A stretch of DNA of 64,000 bases from a virus (Duplodnaviria; Caudoviricetes): positions 1 to 64,000 of the IMG/VR virus record IMGVR_UViG_3300028888_001547; one strand, 5' to 3'. Shown piece by piece: positions 8,921 to 17,795 of the stretch. Position 1 is the stretch's first letter, and each line of letters starts with the position of its first letter. The position numbers were made by a program, and so were the translations under genes. The notes beneath the pieces were generated by a model. That model was not told the DNA's origin, did no database searches, and saw only the letters and a list, made by a program, of their open reading frames with translations.

Positions 8921-9745
8921 ATGAAGAACTATCGTATCATAAAAGGCGTGAAAATTCACGTCAATCAACTTGCATCCATGAGTCGCAAGTTTACCGTTAG
9001 TAATATTACCAAGACAATCTCTCCAGTAGTAGAGCATAAGCGCTATGGAGCTAAGATTGATGAGAGTATGGTTGTTACTAATCCTCTCAGCGGTAATAAG
9101 TTTATGCAGACCAATCCTCACACTGTAACTGGCAAGTTCGGTGTGTCTATTACTGCATACGATTGGGTTCCTCTAGAGGAATTCAAGAAAAATAATGGTA
9201 GTCTCTGGGTAATACCAGAAGGTGGTTTTAAACAGCCTAAGCGACTGATTAAGTACAAAGCACGCAAGCGTCGTGAGAAACGTAATGACTTCGTGAAATA
9301 CTTTCCAAACTATCCGTACACGATCAAACCTATGTGTAAAGAGGCTTACATGGAGAAGCTTGTTGCCCACAAACTTGAGAAGTGGGACAAGAAGAACCCG
9401 AAGCCTAATCAGGATCTCTTCGATAAAGTAGAGGATTGGGAGCAGTGTCGCTTTAATGCAGAGCAACGTTTCCGAGATTTCGTCGTCTCGTGTTACAACA
9501 AATTAGATTTGAACGGTCGATTCAAGCAATCAGACCAGAAGTATACAGAGGAGAATGTAGCCAAGATTAAGGACATTAATATGGAAGGCCACCATGTTAA
9601 TGAACTTAACAAGGATTCAAAGCTGCTTCAGAAAGCTCAGAAGATAACCAATGAGACTAAGAAGAAGAAGCCGAATCTTGTGGCAACTAACCTCAAAGAC
9701 CACAAGAAGCAGAAAGGTCGTATAATACTACCTGAAGCTGCTTAA
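8921..9745 (+). CDS. Basic hypothetical protein ending -EAA
   Basis: Long ORF; ATG at 8921 follows AAAGGAGGTGA. Confidence 0.8.
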   Translation: MKNYRIIKGVKIHVNQLASMSRKFTVSNITKTISPVVEHKRYGAKIDESMVVTNPLSGNKFMQTNPHTVTGKFGVSITAYDWVPLEEFKKNNGSLWVIPEGGFKQPKRLIKYKARKRREKRNDFVKYFPNYPYTIKPMCKEAYMEKLVAHKLEKWDKKNPKPNQDLFDKVEDWEQCRFNAEQRFRDFVVSCYNKLDLNGRFKQSDQKYTEENVAKIKDINMEGHHVNELNKDSKLLQKAQKITNETKKKKPNLVATNLKDHKKQKGRIILPEAA

Positions 9746-9796
9746 TCCATAAGGCTCGGTAAAGCCTCTGTTTAGCACGTAACCGAGTTTAAGGAA

Positions 9797-9856
9797 CCCC
9801 ACTTCACTGAGTGGACTTCGTCAGCGAAACGGAGTGTCTAGCGATAGACGGTGGGG
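9797..9856 (+). promoter_or_regulatory. Four-way-junction RNA structure in the DNA polymerase leader
   Basis: Closing stem CCCCAC/GTGGGG encloses TTCAC/GTGGA, CTTCGT/ACGGAG and GTCTA-GCGA-TAGAC (GNRA loop). Confidence 0.45.
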
Positions 9857-9875
9857 AACAACAAAACAAAGAAGC

Positions 9876-11819
9876 ATGAAGATTAAAGACCTATGTGTAA
9901 ATGTATATGACATAGAGGTATTTAGCAATTGCTTCCATTGCTGTGTAAAAGATACAGAAACCAACAAAGTCATAAAATTTGAGATATCTGAACGAAGGAA
10001 TCAGCTAACCGAGTTAGTTGATTTCTTCTTTTATAAGAACAACGATAGAATGTTCTGTGGGTATAACAATAAACATTATGACGATGTTATTATAAACTAT
10101 ATGATCGATTATTATTATAAGCTCGATCAACTTCCTTGGCAGAGAGTCTGTCAATCTGTATCAAATTTATCACAGAAGATCATAGAATCCGAAGAAGGCG
10201 ATAGTTCGCCTTACAAAAGGTGGAAGTATGCTAAGTACTTCTATTCAATGGATTTACTAACCATGCAGTTTAGTCAGAAACTGCGCGTAGGTCTTAAGAC
10301 CATGCAAGTAACAATGCACTACAAAAACGTGCAGGAGTATGATGGTGATTTCACACTACCTATCCCTATGGATAAGATAGATGAAATGATTGAGTACAAC
10401 ATTAACGATGTTGAATCTACTACAGAGTTGTTTTATAGACTACAACCAGATATCGAGTTACGTTTATTTATTGAACAGGAACACGGTATTGATTGTCTAT
10501 CTATGGACTCTGTTAAGATGGCAGAAACCTTCTTGCTTGAGAAATTTAGTGAGAAATCAGGTATTCCGAAAAATGTTATAAAGGAAATGCGTTCTCCTAT
10601 GGATTATATTCCGTTGAAGGATGTAATTCTGCCATATATAAAATACAAAAACCCAAAGTTACAGAGCGTCTTAGAAGATATGAAGAAACAGGTAGTATAT
10701 TCTAAGGAGCGAAAAGGCTACGAGAAGAAGTTTGTTCTCTCGAATGTGGTATATTCTGTTGGTGTAGGTGGTATTCATACTATACATACGCCAAAGATAT
10801 TCCTTCCTAAGGATGACGAGTTCATAGGGCACGCTGATGTGGCGTCAATGTACCCTAGTTTGCTAATCGAATACGGATTTGGCCCTCGTCAAGGTGGAGA
10901 AATATTTCGCGAACTGTTTGCCCAGTTGAAAGCCGAAAGGCTAGAAGCGAAACGTACTGGTCAGAAGACTAAAAACTTGTTTCTAAAGATTGTGCTCAAC
11001 TCACCTACTGGTAAAATGCAGCAGGAAGTGAGTTGGATGTACGATCCCTTTAATGTTTTTAGAATAAGAATTAACGGTCAGTTAATCCTTCTTTTGCTCG
11101 TAGACAGGCTTTTAGATCTCGGGTGTGAGATTATTCAGTGCAACACTGATGGAGTCGTCTACAGGGCTAAAAATGGCCTTAAACAGGCTGTTTCAGACGC
11201 TATTAAGGAGGTGGAAGTCCTTACACGTCTAGAATTCGAATCTGACGAATACGAAGCATTCTATCAATACGCTATTAATGACTACTTTGGTGTCTTAAAG
11301 GGCGGAGAGATAGAGGAAAAAGGTATGTTTATTACAAAAAACAAGTTAGGCAAAGGACTTGCACCTGTGGTTATACCAAAAGCGGTGATAAACTACTTTG
11401 TGAAAGGAGAACCAATAGAAGAATTTATTAAATCTGATAGAGATATCAGGGACTTCTTAATGTCCCAACAAGTCGATAAGAAGTTCGAAGTATGGCACGG
11501 GGAAAATCGAGTGCAGCGCATTAATAGATTCTATGCAAGTACAAATGGATATTCATTGTTTAAACGAAAATATAATGAAGATGCAGGAAAAACTTATAAG
11601 TGGGAATTGTCAAATGCAGGACCTGCTGGTGAGTATACTGTTCCTGAGTACAACGAACAAAATATGTTAACTAAATCAGGGGTAACTATCCTGAATAAGT
11701 TTGATGATCGACCGATAGAAGATCGAAAGATTAACTATCGTTACTACATCAGTGAAGCAAAAAAGATAGTTGCCGACTTCACTGAACAGCAACTAAGTTT
11801 ATTTGATGACCAATTATGA
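9876..11819 (+). CDS. polB: Family B DNA polymerase (crAss-type) with 3'-5' exonuclease
   Basis: ExoI YDIEV, ExoII GYNNKHYDD, ExoIII YNINDV; polymerase motifs DVASMYPS, KIVLNSPTGK and QCNTDG. ATG at 9876 follows an A-rich leader. Confidence 0.92.
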   Translation: MKIKDLCVNVYDIEVFSNCFHCCVKDTETNKVIKFEISERRNQLTELVDFFFYKNNDRMFCGYNNKHYDDVIINYMIDYYYKLDQLPWQRVCQSVSNLSQKIIESEEGDSSPYKRWKYAKYFYSMDLLTMQFSQKLRVGLKTMQVTMHYKNVQEYDGDFTLPIPMDKIDEMIEYNINDVESTTELFYRLQPDIELRLFIEQEHGIDCLSMDSVKMAETFLLEKFSEKSGIPKNVIKEMRSPMDYIPLKDVILPYIKYKNPKLQSVLEDMKKQVVYSKERKGYEKKFVLSNVVYSVGVGGIHTIHTPKIFLPKDDEFIGHADVASMYPSLLIEYGFGPRQGGEIFRELFAQLKAERLEAKRTGQKTKNLFLKIVLNSPTGKMQQEVSWMYDPFNVFRIRINGQLILLLLVDRLLDLGCEIIQCNTDGVVYRAKNGLKQAVSDAIKEVEVLTRLEFESDEYEAFYQYAINDYFGVLKGGEIEEKGMFITKNKLGKGLAPVVIPKAVINYFVKGEPIEEFIKSDRDIRDFLMSQQVDKKFEVWHGENRVQRINRFYASTNGYSLFKRKYNEDAGKTYKWELSNAGPAGEYTVPEYNEQNMLTKSGVTILNKFDDRPIEDRKINYRYYISEAKKIVADFTEQQLSLFDDQL

Positions 11820-12382
11820 TTATTGAAGTAAACACAAAAATCCTGGACGAGTTTCCAGGTATATCTATGAATCAGTTAGTATTCCTAAGTATGATATTGG
11901 GTAAGAATCAACCAATATATCAAGACGTCCGCAACGTTATCAGCCTTATAAGCGACGACGAAATATCATACTTAGTCAATCAAGAACTAGTAACCGCGAT
12001 TGAGAGCGGTGAGTCAATTACATATCAGCCGACAGACAAGCTTAAAGAAGCAGTTCTTCCTAAGAAGGATTACTTTGATGTCTTCTATGATATGTACCCA
12101 GTGTATGTAACACGAGCAGATGGGAGTAAATCCTATCTACGAGCCAATGTAAACAAATGTCGTCATTTCTTCAACACTAAATGTGGAAGAAGTAGCGCAA
12201 TGGCCGAACACCTTATAAAGTGTCTCGACTATGAGATATCTAAACGCATGCGTGAAGGTAGTCTAAGCTATATGATGACCATGTGGAATTGGTTAACGCG
12301 TTCACAATGGGAAGCGATTGAGGAAGAAATGCAGGATACTGAACAAAAAGCAGTAAACTCTTATGGAACAGACATTATCTAA
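11816..12382 (+). CDS. Replication-module protein (possible initiator or helicase loader)
   Basis: Overlaps both polB and the helicase gene; FDVFYDMYP and MWNWL motifs resemble the C-termini of phage replisome organisers. Confidence 0.6.
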   Translation: MIIEVNTKILDEFPGISMNQLVFLSMILGKNQPIYQDVRNVISLISDDEISYLVNQELVTAIESGESITYQPTDKLKEAVLPKKDYFDVFYDMYPVYVTRADGSKSYLRANVNKCRHFFNTKCGRSSAMAEHLIKCLDYEISKRMREGSLSYMMTMWNWLTRSQWEAIEEEMQDTEQKAVNSYGTDII

Positions 12383-13286
12383 TGTACGCTCGATGAAAGT
12401 TGTGGCTCAAGAAGCCATCAACTATATCAAAGGGCGCAAAGAGCACAACATTGTGTCCTTGAAAACTAGATGGAAGAAGTTCAATAAGCAGTGTATGGGA
12501 GGTATTGAACCCAATACCGTTGTTACCATAGCTGGTATTTCTGGATCGGGTAAGAGTAGCTTTGCTAATCTTCTCCAAACTGATATTATAGATCTTAATC
12601 CTACTGAAGATGTAATAGTATTGAACTTCTCGTTAGAGATGGTTGGATTTAGGCAAGTTGGAAGGACGCTTTCAAATAAGCTCAGGAAAACGACTTCGAC
12701 TTTGTATAGCTCAGAAATGAGTCTGGATGATGCTACAATGGGGCAAGTCATCACAGTATGCAACCAGCTAAAGGAGTATCCTATCTATTTCGTAGATAGT
12801 CCTACTACTCCCATGCAAGTACAAGAAATTATATATAACTTCTATAATACTCATGTAAAAGGTACAAATAAGCATTTCGTGATCTTATATGACCACGCTT
12901 TGCTTACTAAGCCTATAGGTTCTGTATTGGAAACAATTGCAGAACTGCAGCGAGTGTTTATCCAAGTAAAGAAACTACCGATGACATCGATAGTACAACT
13001 TACTCAGATGAATAGAAATATAGAAGCTCCAGAAAGGATTAATAACCCTATGAGTCACTATCCTATGCGAAGTGACCTGTCATCGTCCGATGCGATTTTC
13101 CAGGCATCAGATTATGTCCTGGTCATTCATCGACCTGAGGTGTTGGGCATACAAGAATATGGTCCTAATCATTTACCTACACAAAACAAGGTTTATATTC
13201 ACGTTTTGAAAAACAGGGATGCTGGTAAGCCTTGTATCCTTGAATTCGAGAACGACCTTATGTACAACAACCTCCTTGAATGTTAA
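12363..13286 (+). CDS. dnaB: DnaB-like (SF4) replicative helicase
   Basis: Walker A AGISGSGKS, FSLEM, ILYDH, LTQMNR, SDLSSSDAIFQASD, KNRDA. Confidence 0.92.
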   Translation: MEQTLSNVRSMKVVAQEAINYIKGRKEHNIVSLKTRWKKFNKQCMGGIEPNTVVTIAGISGSGKSSFANLLQTDIIDLNPTEDVIVLNFSLEMVGFRQVGRTLSNKLRKTTSTLYSSEMSLDDATMGQVITVCNQLKEYPIYFVDSPTTPMQVQEIIYNFYNTHVKGTNKHFVILYDHALLTKPIGSVLETIAELQRVFIQVKKLPMTSIVQLTQMNRNIEAPERINNPMSHYPMRSDLSSSDAIFQASDYVLVIHRPEVLGIQEYGPNHLPTQNKVYIHVLKNRDAGKPCILEFENDLMYNNLLEC

Positions 13287-13328
13287 TGCGTCGGACTAGT
13301 ATTAACATTTTAAAAGAAAGGCTGAATT

Positions 13329-13832
13329 ATGACAAAGTATACTTTTAATCCTAAGAATAATCCTTCAACGTTTTATTGTCCCTTTTATAAGTCTACAAAC
13401 TATTCTAAGGTTCTTGATGACCTTATTGCTAGTGATATAGCAGAGAAGAATCCTTGGTTGTATGGCTATAACAATACTGCTACCAATACTTGTTCTGAGT
13501 GTCCTATGAATACTAAGATCAAGATTAAGATTAAGGATAACAGTGATAATCTCGAGAATGCTTTCATTTTCGGCAATAACAACGATAATTTCACTAAGGC
13601 TTATAACTTCCTGACGAACCTTGCTTTCAAGTGTCCGTTTGAGAAGAATAAGGTGATGAAGCTGTCTAACGGTGATTATATTATGATTACCGATGACTAC
13701 ATTCACATTAACGATCAGATTTTCTACTTTAATCTGATGGATGACAGCTTCTTCTACAATCTCGGTGATAGTATGAAGAAGACCATCGCTACCATTTACA
13801 CTGATGGTCTGAAGATTACGATTAAGAAATAA
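13329..13832 (+). CDS. Hypothetical Asn-rich protein
   Basis: 167-aa ORF with biased codons. Confidence 0.8.
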   Translation: MTKYTFNPKNNPSTFYCPFYKSTNYSKVLDDLIASDIAEKNPWLYGYNNTATNTCSECPMNTKIKIKIKDNSDNLENAFIFGNNNDNFTKAYNFLTNLAFKCPFEKNKVMKLSNGDYIMITDDYIHINDQIFYFNLMDDSFFYNLGDSMKKTIATIYTDGLKITIKK

Positions 13833-13847
13833 TTTAGTAATACAATT

Positions 13848-14594
13848 ATGAGCTTAGTACTACCTACACAACCGGTTCCTGCGACCTCGGTAAACCCTCA
13901 GTATTTGATACTGTATGGTTTGCCTAAATCAGGAAAGACCAGCTGCGTAGCTCAGATACCTAACAATTTGATCATAGACCTCGAAGGAGGTTCTACTTTT
14001 ATTGATGCAATGGCTGTACAAGCACGCACGATAGAGGATCTTGGTCAGATTGCTCAGGCTATTCGAGCTAAAAACGACGAAGCTGGTCGTAAATTTTATA
14101 AACATATAACAATTGATAATGCAACTCGTCTAGAGGATATTTGTATGAGTTATGCTTGTACGTTGTATCGTCAAACCGAACTAGGTAAAAACTGGAAAGG
14201 TACAGATGTAACAACGCTTGCTCGTGGTGCTGGATATGGTTACCTACGCACAGCAGTGAAGAAGGTAATTGATATGTTCAAGGATCTCTGTGATGAGTTT
14301 ATTCTTATAGGACATGTCAAAGATAGTATCACAGATAAAGATGGACAAGAAGTCAATGCAAAAGAAATCGACCTTGTTGGAAAACTTGGCAAAATCGTAT
14401 GTGGCATGGCAGATGCCGTTGGATACGTCTATCGTAAGGACAATGAGACTCACATCAGTTTTAAGTCCGGAGGAGATGGAACTATTATGGAGGCGCGTGC
14501 CCGCCATATCGCCGGAAAAGACATCATCATTGCTACAGGTAATGAAGATGGAAGCATAACAACATATTGGGATAAAGTTTATAAACCTGAGTAA
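13848..14594 (+). CDS. P-loop AAA ATPase (AAA_24/Sak4-like recombination or annealing protein)
   Basis: ILYGLPKSGKT, IIDLEGGS, ITIDNAT, ILIGH; lies next to an SSB-like gene. Confidence 0.85.
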   Translation: MSLVLPTQPVPATSVNPQYLILYGLPKSGKTSCVAQIPNNLIIDLEGGSTFIDAMAVQARTIEDLGQIAQAIRAKNDEAGRKFYKHITIDNATRLEDICMSYACTLYRQTELGKNWKGTDVTTLARGAGYGYLRTAVKKVIDMFKDLCDEFILIGHVKDSITDKDGQEVNAKEIDLVGKLGKIVCGMADAVGYVYRKDNETHISFKSGGDGTIMEARARHIAGKDIIIATGNEDGSITTYWDKVYKPE

Positions 14595-14671
14595 TGCATA
14601 TGACTATGAGCAAGGCAAAACGTCTTGCAAAAATACTAAATGTGGATTACAAACAAATATACGCAAGAACT

Positions 14672-15271
14672 ATGTATAGTACAAAAACCGCAACTACAAA
14701 CAATACTGAGTTTAGTAGTTCATATATGCCTGTAGGCATCAACGAGAATGTAACTTTGAAAGAAGTTAACGTAAACAAGACTCCTAATGGTCGTGATTTC
14801 TTGGAGATAATCTTCGAGAATGAGAATGGCCAAACAGCAACAATGACTGAGTGGAAGAACGAGAAGAATATGTGGATCAAGACTGATGAAGACCTTCAGA
14901 AGCGCGATGATCAGCAGTTTGGTCGTATTCTACAAGTTATCGATTGTCTTGGGTTACGACCAGAATTTGAAGGCTCTTCATTCGTTGAAATGATTAACTG
15001 GACTAAGGGTATCCTTGAACAGTATAAGAATATCGACAATAAGAAGCTTCGCCTTAAGGTTGTTTACGACAAGAATGGTTATACGAAAGTATCTAGTCTT
15101 GGTATTTTTGTTGAACCTATGAGTGTAACAGAGTCGCAGATTAAGCTTTGGAAGAATGATCTTCTGGAGCGTCCCGTACAGGCTGACGTTGAGAAGCCTA
15201 ACGACCCGCTCGCTGGTAACAGTGCTCCGGTGACTGCAGACTCTACAGGTGCTGACGACCTGCCTTTCTAA
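14672..15271 (+). CDS. Single-stranded DNA-binding protein-like
   Basis: Acidic-aromatic C-terminal tail ADDLPF; follows the Sak4-like ATPase. Likely start is MYSTKTA at 14672 (the frame is open from 14594). Confidence 0.75.
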   Translation: MYSTKTATTNNTEFSSSYMPVGINENVTLKEVNVNKTPNGRDFLEIIFENENGQTATMTEWKNEKNMWIKTDEDLQKRDDQQFGRILQVIDCLGLRPEFEGSSFVEMINWTKGILEQYKNIDNKKLRLKVVYDKNGYTKVSSLGIFVEPMSVTESQIKLWKNDLLERPVQADVEKPNDPLAGNSAPVTADSTGADDLPF

Positions 15272-16010
15272 TGTGTCCGTTTCTAAGATGGATTTGGAAT
15301 AACACGAAAGATGTTAAACCAATTCCATTTGATGAATCGGACTACACTTGGGAAGTAATAGTCAGTGGTGCTGACGACCAAACATAAGAACCTCAAGAAC
15401 CTCTGAAGCTGTTGAATGGGTCAAAAAGACATTAACCAGATGAAACAGAGTCACACGGATGAGAGTAACGGTCAGTGGTGGAGGACTGATTGGAGTTGAA
15501 AAGGATGCGGAGATAAGTAGATTAAGTTCGAAGTACACGTGTCACAACTGTCCGGTCAGCCCCTAACAAACTTCTTTGTCGTTGTTGCTATGGCGAGAAA
15601 TCCCATAGTAGAATCTCCCTAAAACGGTGGAACTCCTTGAGTGACGATGCAGAGATTTGTCTGGCTTCCTCTTTAGCGGAGGAAGATTGGTGGTTAAACT
15701 CCACCCTCCGAACAAAACCAAAGCGTAAATACATAAGGCGTGAGGACACTAACCAATGATGTGTAGGATAATACCGTACTAAAAACGAGAAACTGGATGA
15801 AACAGGCTGATTACCCTTCATCAACAGCACACCACCTGAATAAGGAAGATATAGTGGAATATGTGGCCACTTTCTCATAAATGTGTAGAGAGTATATAGG
15901 AGATACCTAAGTTGAAATTATAGATGTAAACAACAGCCACGTAAAATACTAGTCCGTGGATAATTGATAACAGTCTATTCTTGCAAGAATTTCGATATGG
16001 TAAAAGCACT
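15272..16010 (+). ncRNA. Candidate structured non-coding RNA region (~0.75 kb)
   Basis: No credible ORF. Stems include GTCCG/CGGAC, TGCTATGG/CCATAGTA, CTTCCTC/GAGGAAG, GGTGG/CCACC and CCACG/CGTGG. Confidence 0.45.
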
Positions 16011-16017
16011 TTCTGGA

Positions 16018-16096
16018 AATCAGTAGTCTAGAGGTTATGACGGTCAACTAAAAGGTAGTTGACGGATTGTGGGGTTCGATTCCCCATCTGATTACA
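16018..16096 (+). ncRNA. tRNA-like element A (non-canonical anticodon arm)
   Basis: AATCAG/CTGATT acceptor-like stem, D-like arm GTC-TAGAGGTTAT-GAC, T arm TGGGG-TTCGATT-CCCCA, and an 8-bp arm GTCAACTA/TAGTTGAC with a 5-nt loop. Confidence 0.65.
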
Positions 16097-16121
16097 ATTA
16101 TTAATTTTAAACATAATCAAT

Positions 16122-16412
16122 ATGGTAAAACTTAAAAGATTAACAGCAGATAAGATTGACCCTTCTGTAAATCAAAAAGGTCAAATTGAGTTTTCATTCA
16201 ACGATTGTTATTTATGTAAAGATCAGATTGGAGGAATTGTCATATTAAACAACACTTTTCCACTAAGTAATAATTGGGCAACAAAAGAAATTGTAAATTA
16301 TTGCATCGATAACAATTTACAATTGTGTACAATATGCACAATCGGAGGAATGCCTAATTTTGATAACATTGTTGTAGACGAAACGGTTAAAGATTTAATA
16401 AAACAACTTTAA
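16122..16412 (+). CDS. Hypothetical AT-rich protein inserted among the tRNA-like elements
   Basis: 96-aa ORF with an ATCAATATG leader like other genes in the block. Confidence 0.7.
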   Translation: MVKLKRLTADKIDPSVNQKGQIEFSFNDCYLCKDQIGGIVILNNTFPLSNNWATKEIVNYCIDNNLQLCTICTIGGMPNFDNIVVDETVKDLIKQL

Positions 16413-16490
16413 TCACTAAAAGTGGAGTAAGGGATTTTAGCACTTTTCGAAGATACCACTATAAAAAATTCCAAGAGAAAGTGTATATAT

Positions 16491-16570
16491 GGAGTCAGTA
16501 AGGTAACGGTAACGTCTATACATAATTAATATTGTATAGAAATGTGAGTTCGAATCTCACCTGGCACCCA
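16491..16570 (+). ncRNA. tRNA-like element B (His-like extra G:C pair, non-canonical anticodon arm)
   Basis: GGAGTCAG/CTGGCACC acceptor (one mismatch), T arm GTGAG-TTCGAAT-CTCAC, and an 8-bp arm TCTATACA/TGTATAGA with a 10-nt AT loop. Confidence 0.65.
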
Positions 16571-16635
16571 ATATATAAAGGGTATTTTGTACGTTTTACC
16601 CCGATCTAGTGTTGGTCCAAGAAACGTACATTATA

Positions 16636-16737
16636 TGGCAAGTAATAAAAAGTCTTATGACGGTGCACACGATTATAAGCAGGAATTAAAGAGTGGCTAT
16701 AGACACTCTGAGCGGTTCGAAACCGACACTTGCCACA
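16636..16737 (+). ncRNA. tRNA-like element C (no clear D stem, long variable-like arm)
   Basis: Perfect TGGCAAGT/ACTTGCCA closing stem, CTTATGA/TTATAAG arm, AGAGTG/CACTCT arm, T loop CGG-TTCGAAA-CCG. Confidence 0.55.
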
Positions 16738-16751
16738 CAAAGCTTAAGCTT

Positions 16752-17795
16752 ATGTATAGTACAAAAACAGCTATCACAATGAGTCTTAGAGACTTGTTGG
16801 AGAAAGTGAGCGACTATGACATCTATGCTTATTATCTAGGCTCATTTAAGCCTGGAAAACTTATGAACAGTCCCTTGCGCCCAGACGATAAGATCCCCAG
16901 TTTCGCTATATTTCCTAGCAAGACTGGAGATCTACTGTTTAAGGATCATGGGACTGGAGAGTCTGGAAACGCTATAAAGTTTATGAAGCTTTATAAAGGA
17001 ATACAGACTCGTGAAGAGCTTGAACGAGAGCTGTTACGCATCGTCCGAAAAATGAATCCGATGAGCGGTGAGGTTAAACCAAAATACGTAAAAACGGTGG
17101 ATTCAGGGCTAACAGATATCGGAATAGTTCGTCAACCATTTACAGAGGTTGATAAAGCCTATTGGAAACAATTCCATATTTCAATAGACACGTTGCGTTA
17201 TTTTAATGTGTTTAGTATTAAGTATTTTCTCTGCAACAGTATTGTCAGAGGAGTATACAAAGAAGATAATCCTATGTATGCATACAAAGTGTTTGATAAG
17301 TTTAAAATATATCGACCACTGGCAAGTAAGTATACTAAATGGAGGACAAACTTAACCGTGCGCCATGTACAAGGTTTAGAACAACTGAATCCTGATGGCG
17401 GAAATCTTTTGATTATTACTAAATCTTTAAAAGACGTAATGTGCCTATATGAAATGGGTTTTAATGCAATATCTTCGAGTAGCGAAACTACTTTCATACC
17501 CGATGACACGCTTCAATCTCTAAGAAGCAAATGGAAGCATATCATCATACTATACGATAGAGATGTTGCTGGTATGAAGAATGCTAGACAATATAGTAAG
17601 CAATATAAGCTAGATGCTATATTTGTTCATAAAAAGTTTAAAGCAAAGGACGTATCCGATGCTGTTAAAGCTAACGGGTTCTTTGCTGTAAAGGATTGGT
17701 TAACTAAAACAGTAGAAAGATATGATAGTAAGTGTAATAGGAGCTTCCCTGATGGGAACATTGATTGGTCTAGTAGGAAGTCTTTATATAGCTAA
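16752..17795 (+). CDS. dnaG: DNA primase (DnaG/TOPRIM type, crAss-like)
   Basis: N-terminal SPLRPDDKIPSF...FKDHGTGESGNAIKF; TOPRIM motifs IITKSLKDVM and ILYDRDVAG; KDVSD. ATG at 16752 (the upstream part of the track ORF overlaps element C). Confidence 0.88.
   Translation: MYSTKTAITMSLRDLLEKVSDYDIYAYYLGSFKPGKLMNSPLRPDDKIPSFAIFPSKTGDLLFKDHGTGESGNAIKFMKLYKGIQTREELERELLRIVRKMNPMSGEVKPKYVKTVDSGLTDIGIVRQPFTEVDKAYWKQFHISIDTLRYFNVFSIKYFLCNSIVRGVYKEDNPMYAYKVFDKFKIYRPLASKYTKWRTNLTVRHVQGLEQLNPDGGNLLIITKSLKDVMCLYEMGFNAISSSSETTFIPDDTLQSLRSKWKHIIILYDRDVAGMKNARQYSKQYKLDAIFVHKKFKAKDVSDAVKANGFFAVKDWLTKTVERYDSKCNRSFPDGNIDWSSRKSLYS

Noticed and set aside
16043-16063. Canonical amber suppressor tRNA(CUA)
   Set aside because: CTA lies in the stem of an 8-bp hairpin with no U33 and no 7-nt loop; kept only as a tRNA-like element.
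16587-16751. N-terminal extension of the primase from TTG 16587
   Set aside because: It overlaps tRNA-like element C; ATG 16752 (MYSTKTA) is the more plausible start.
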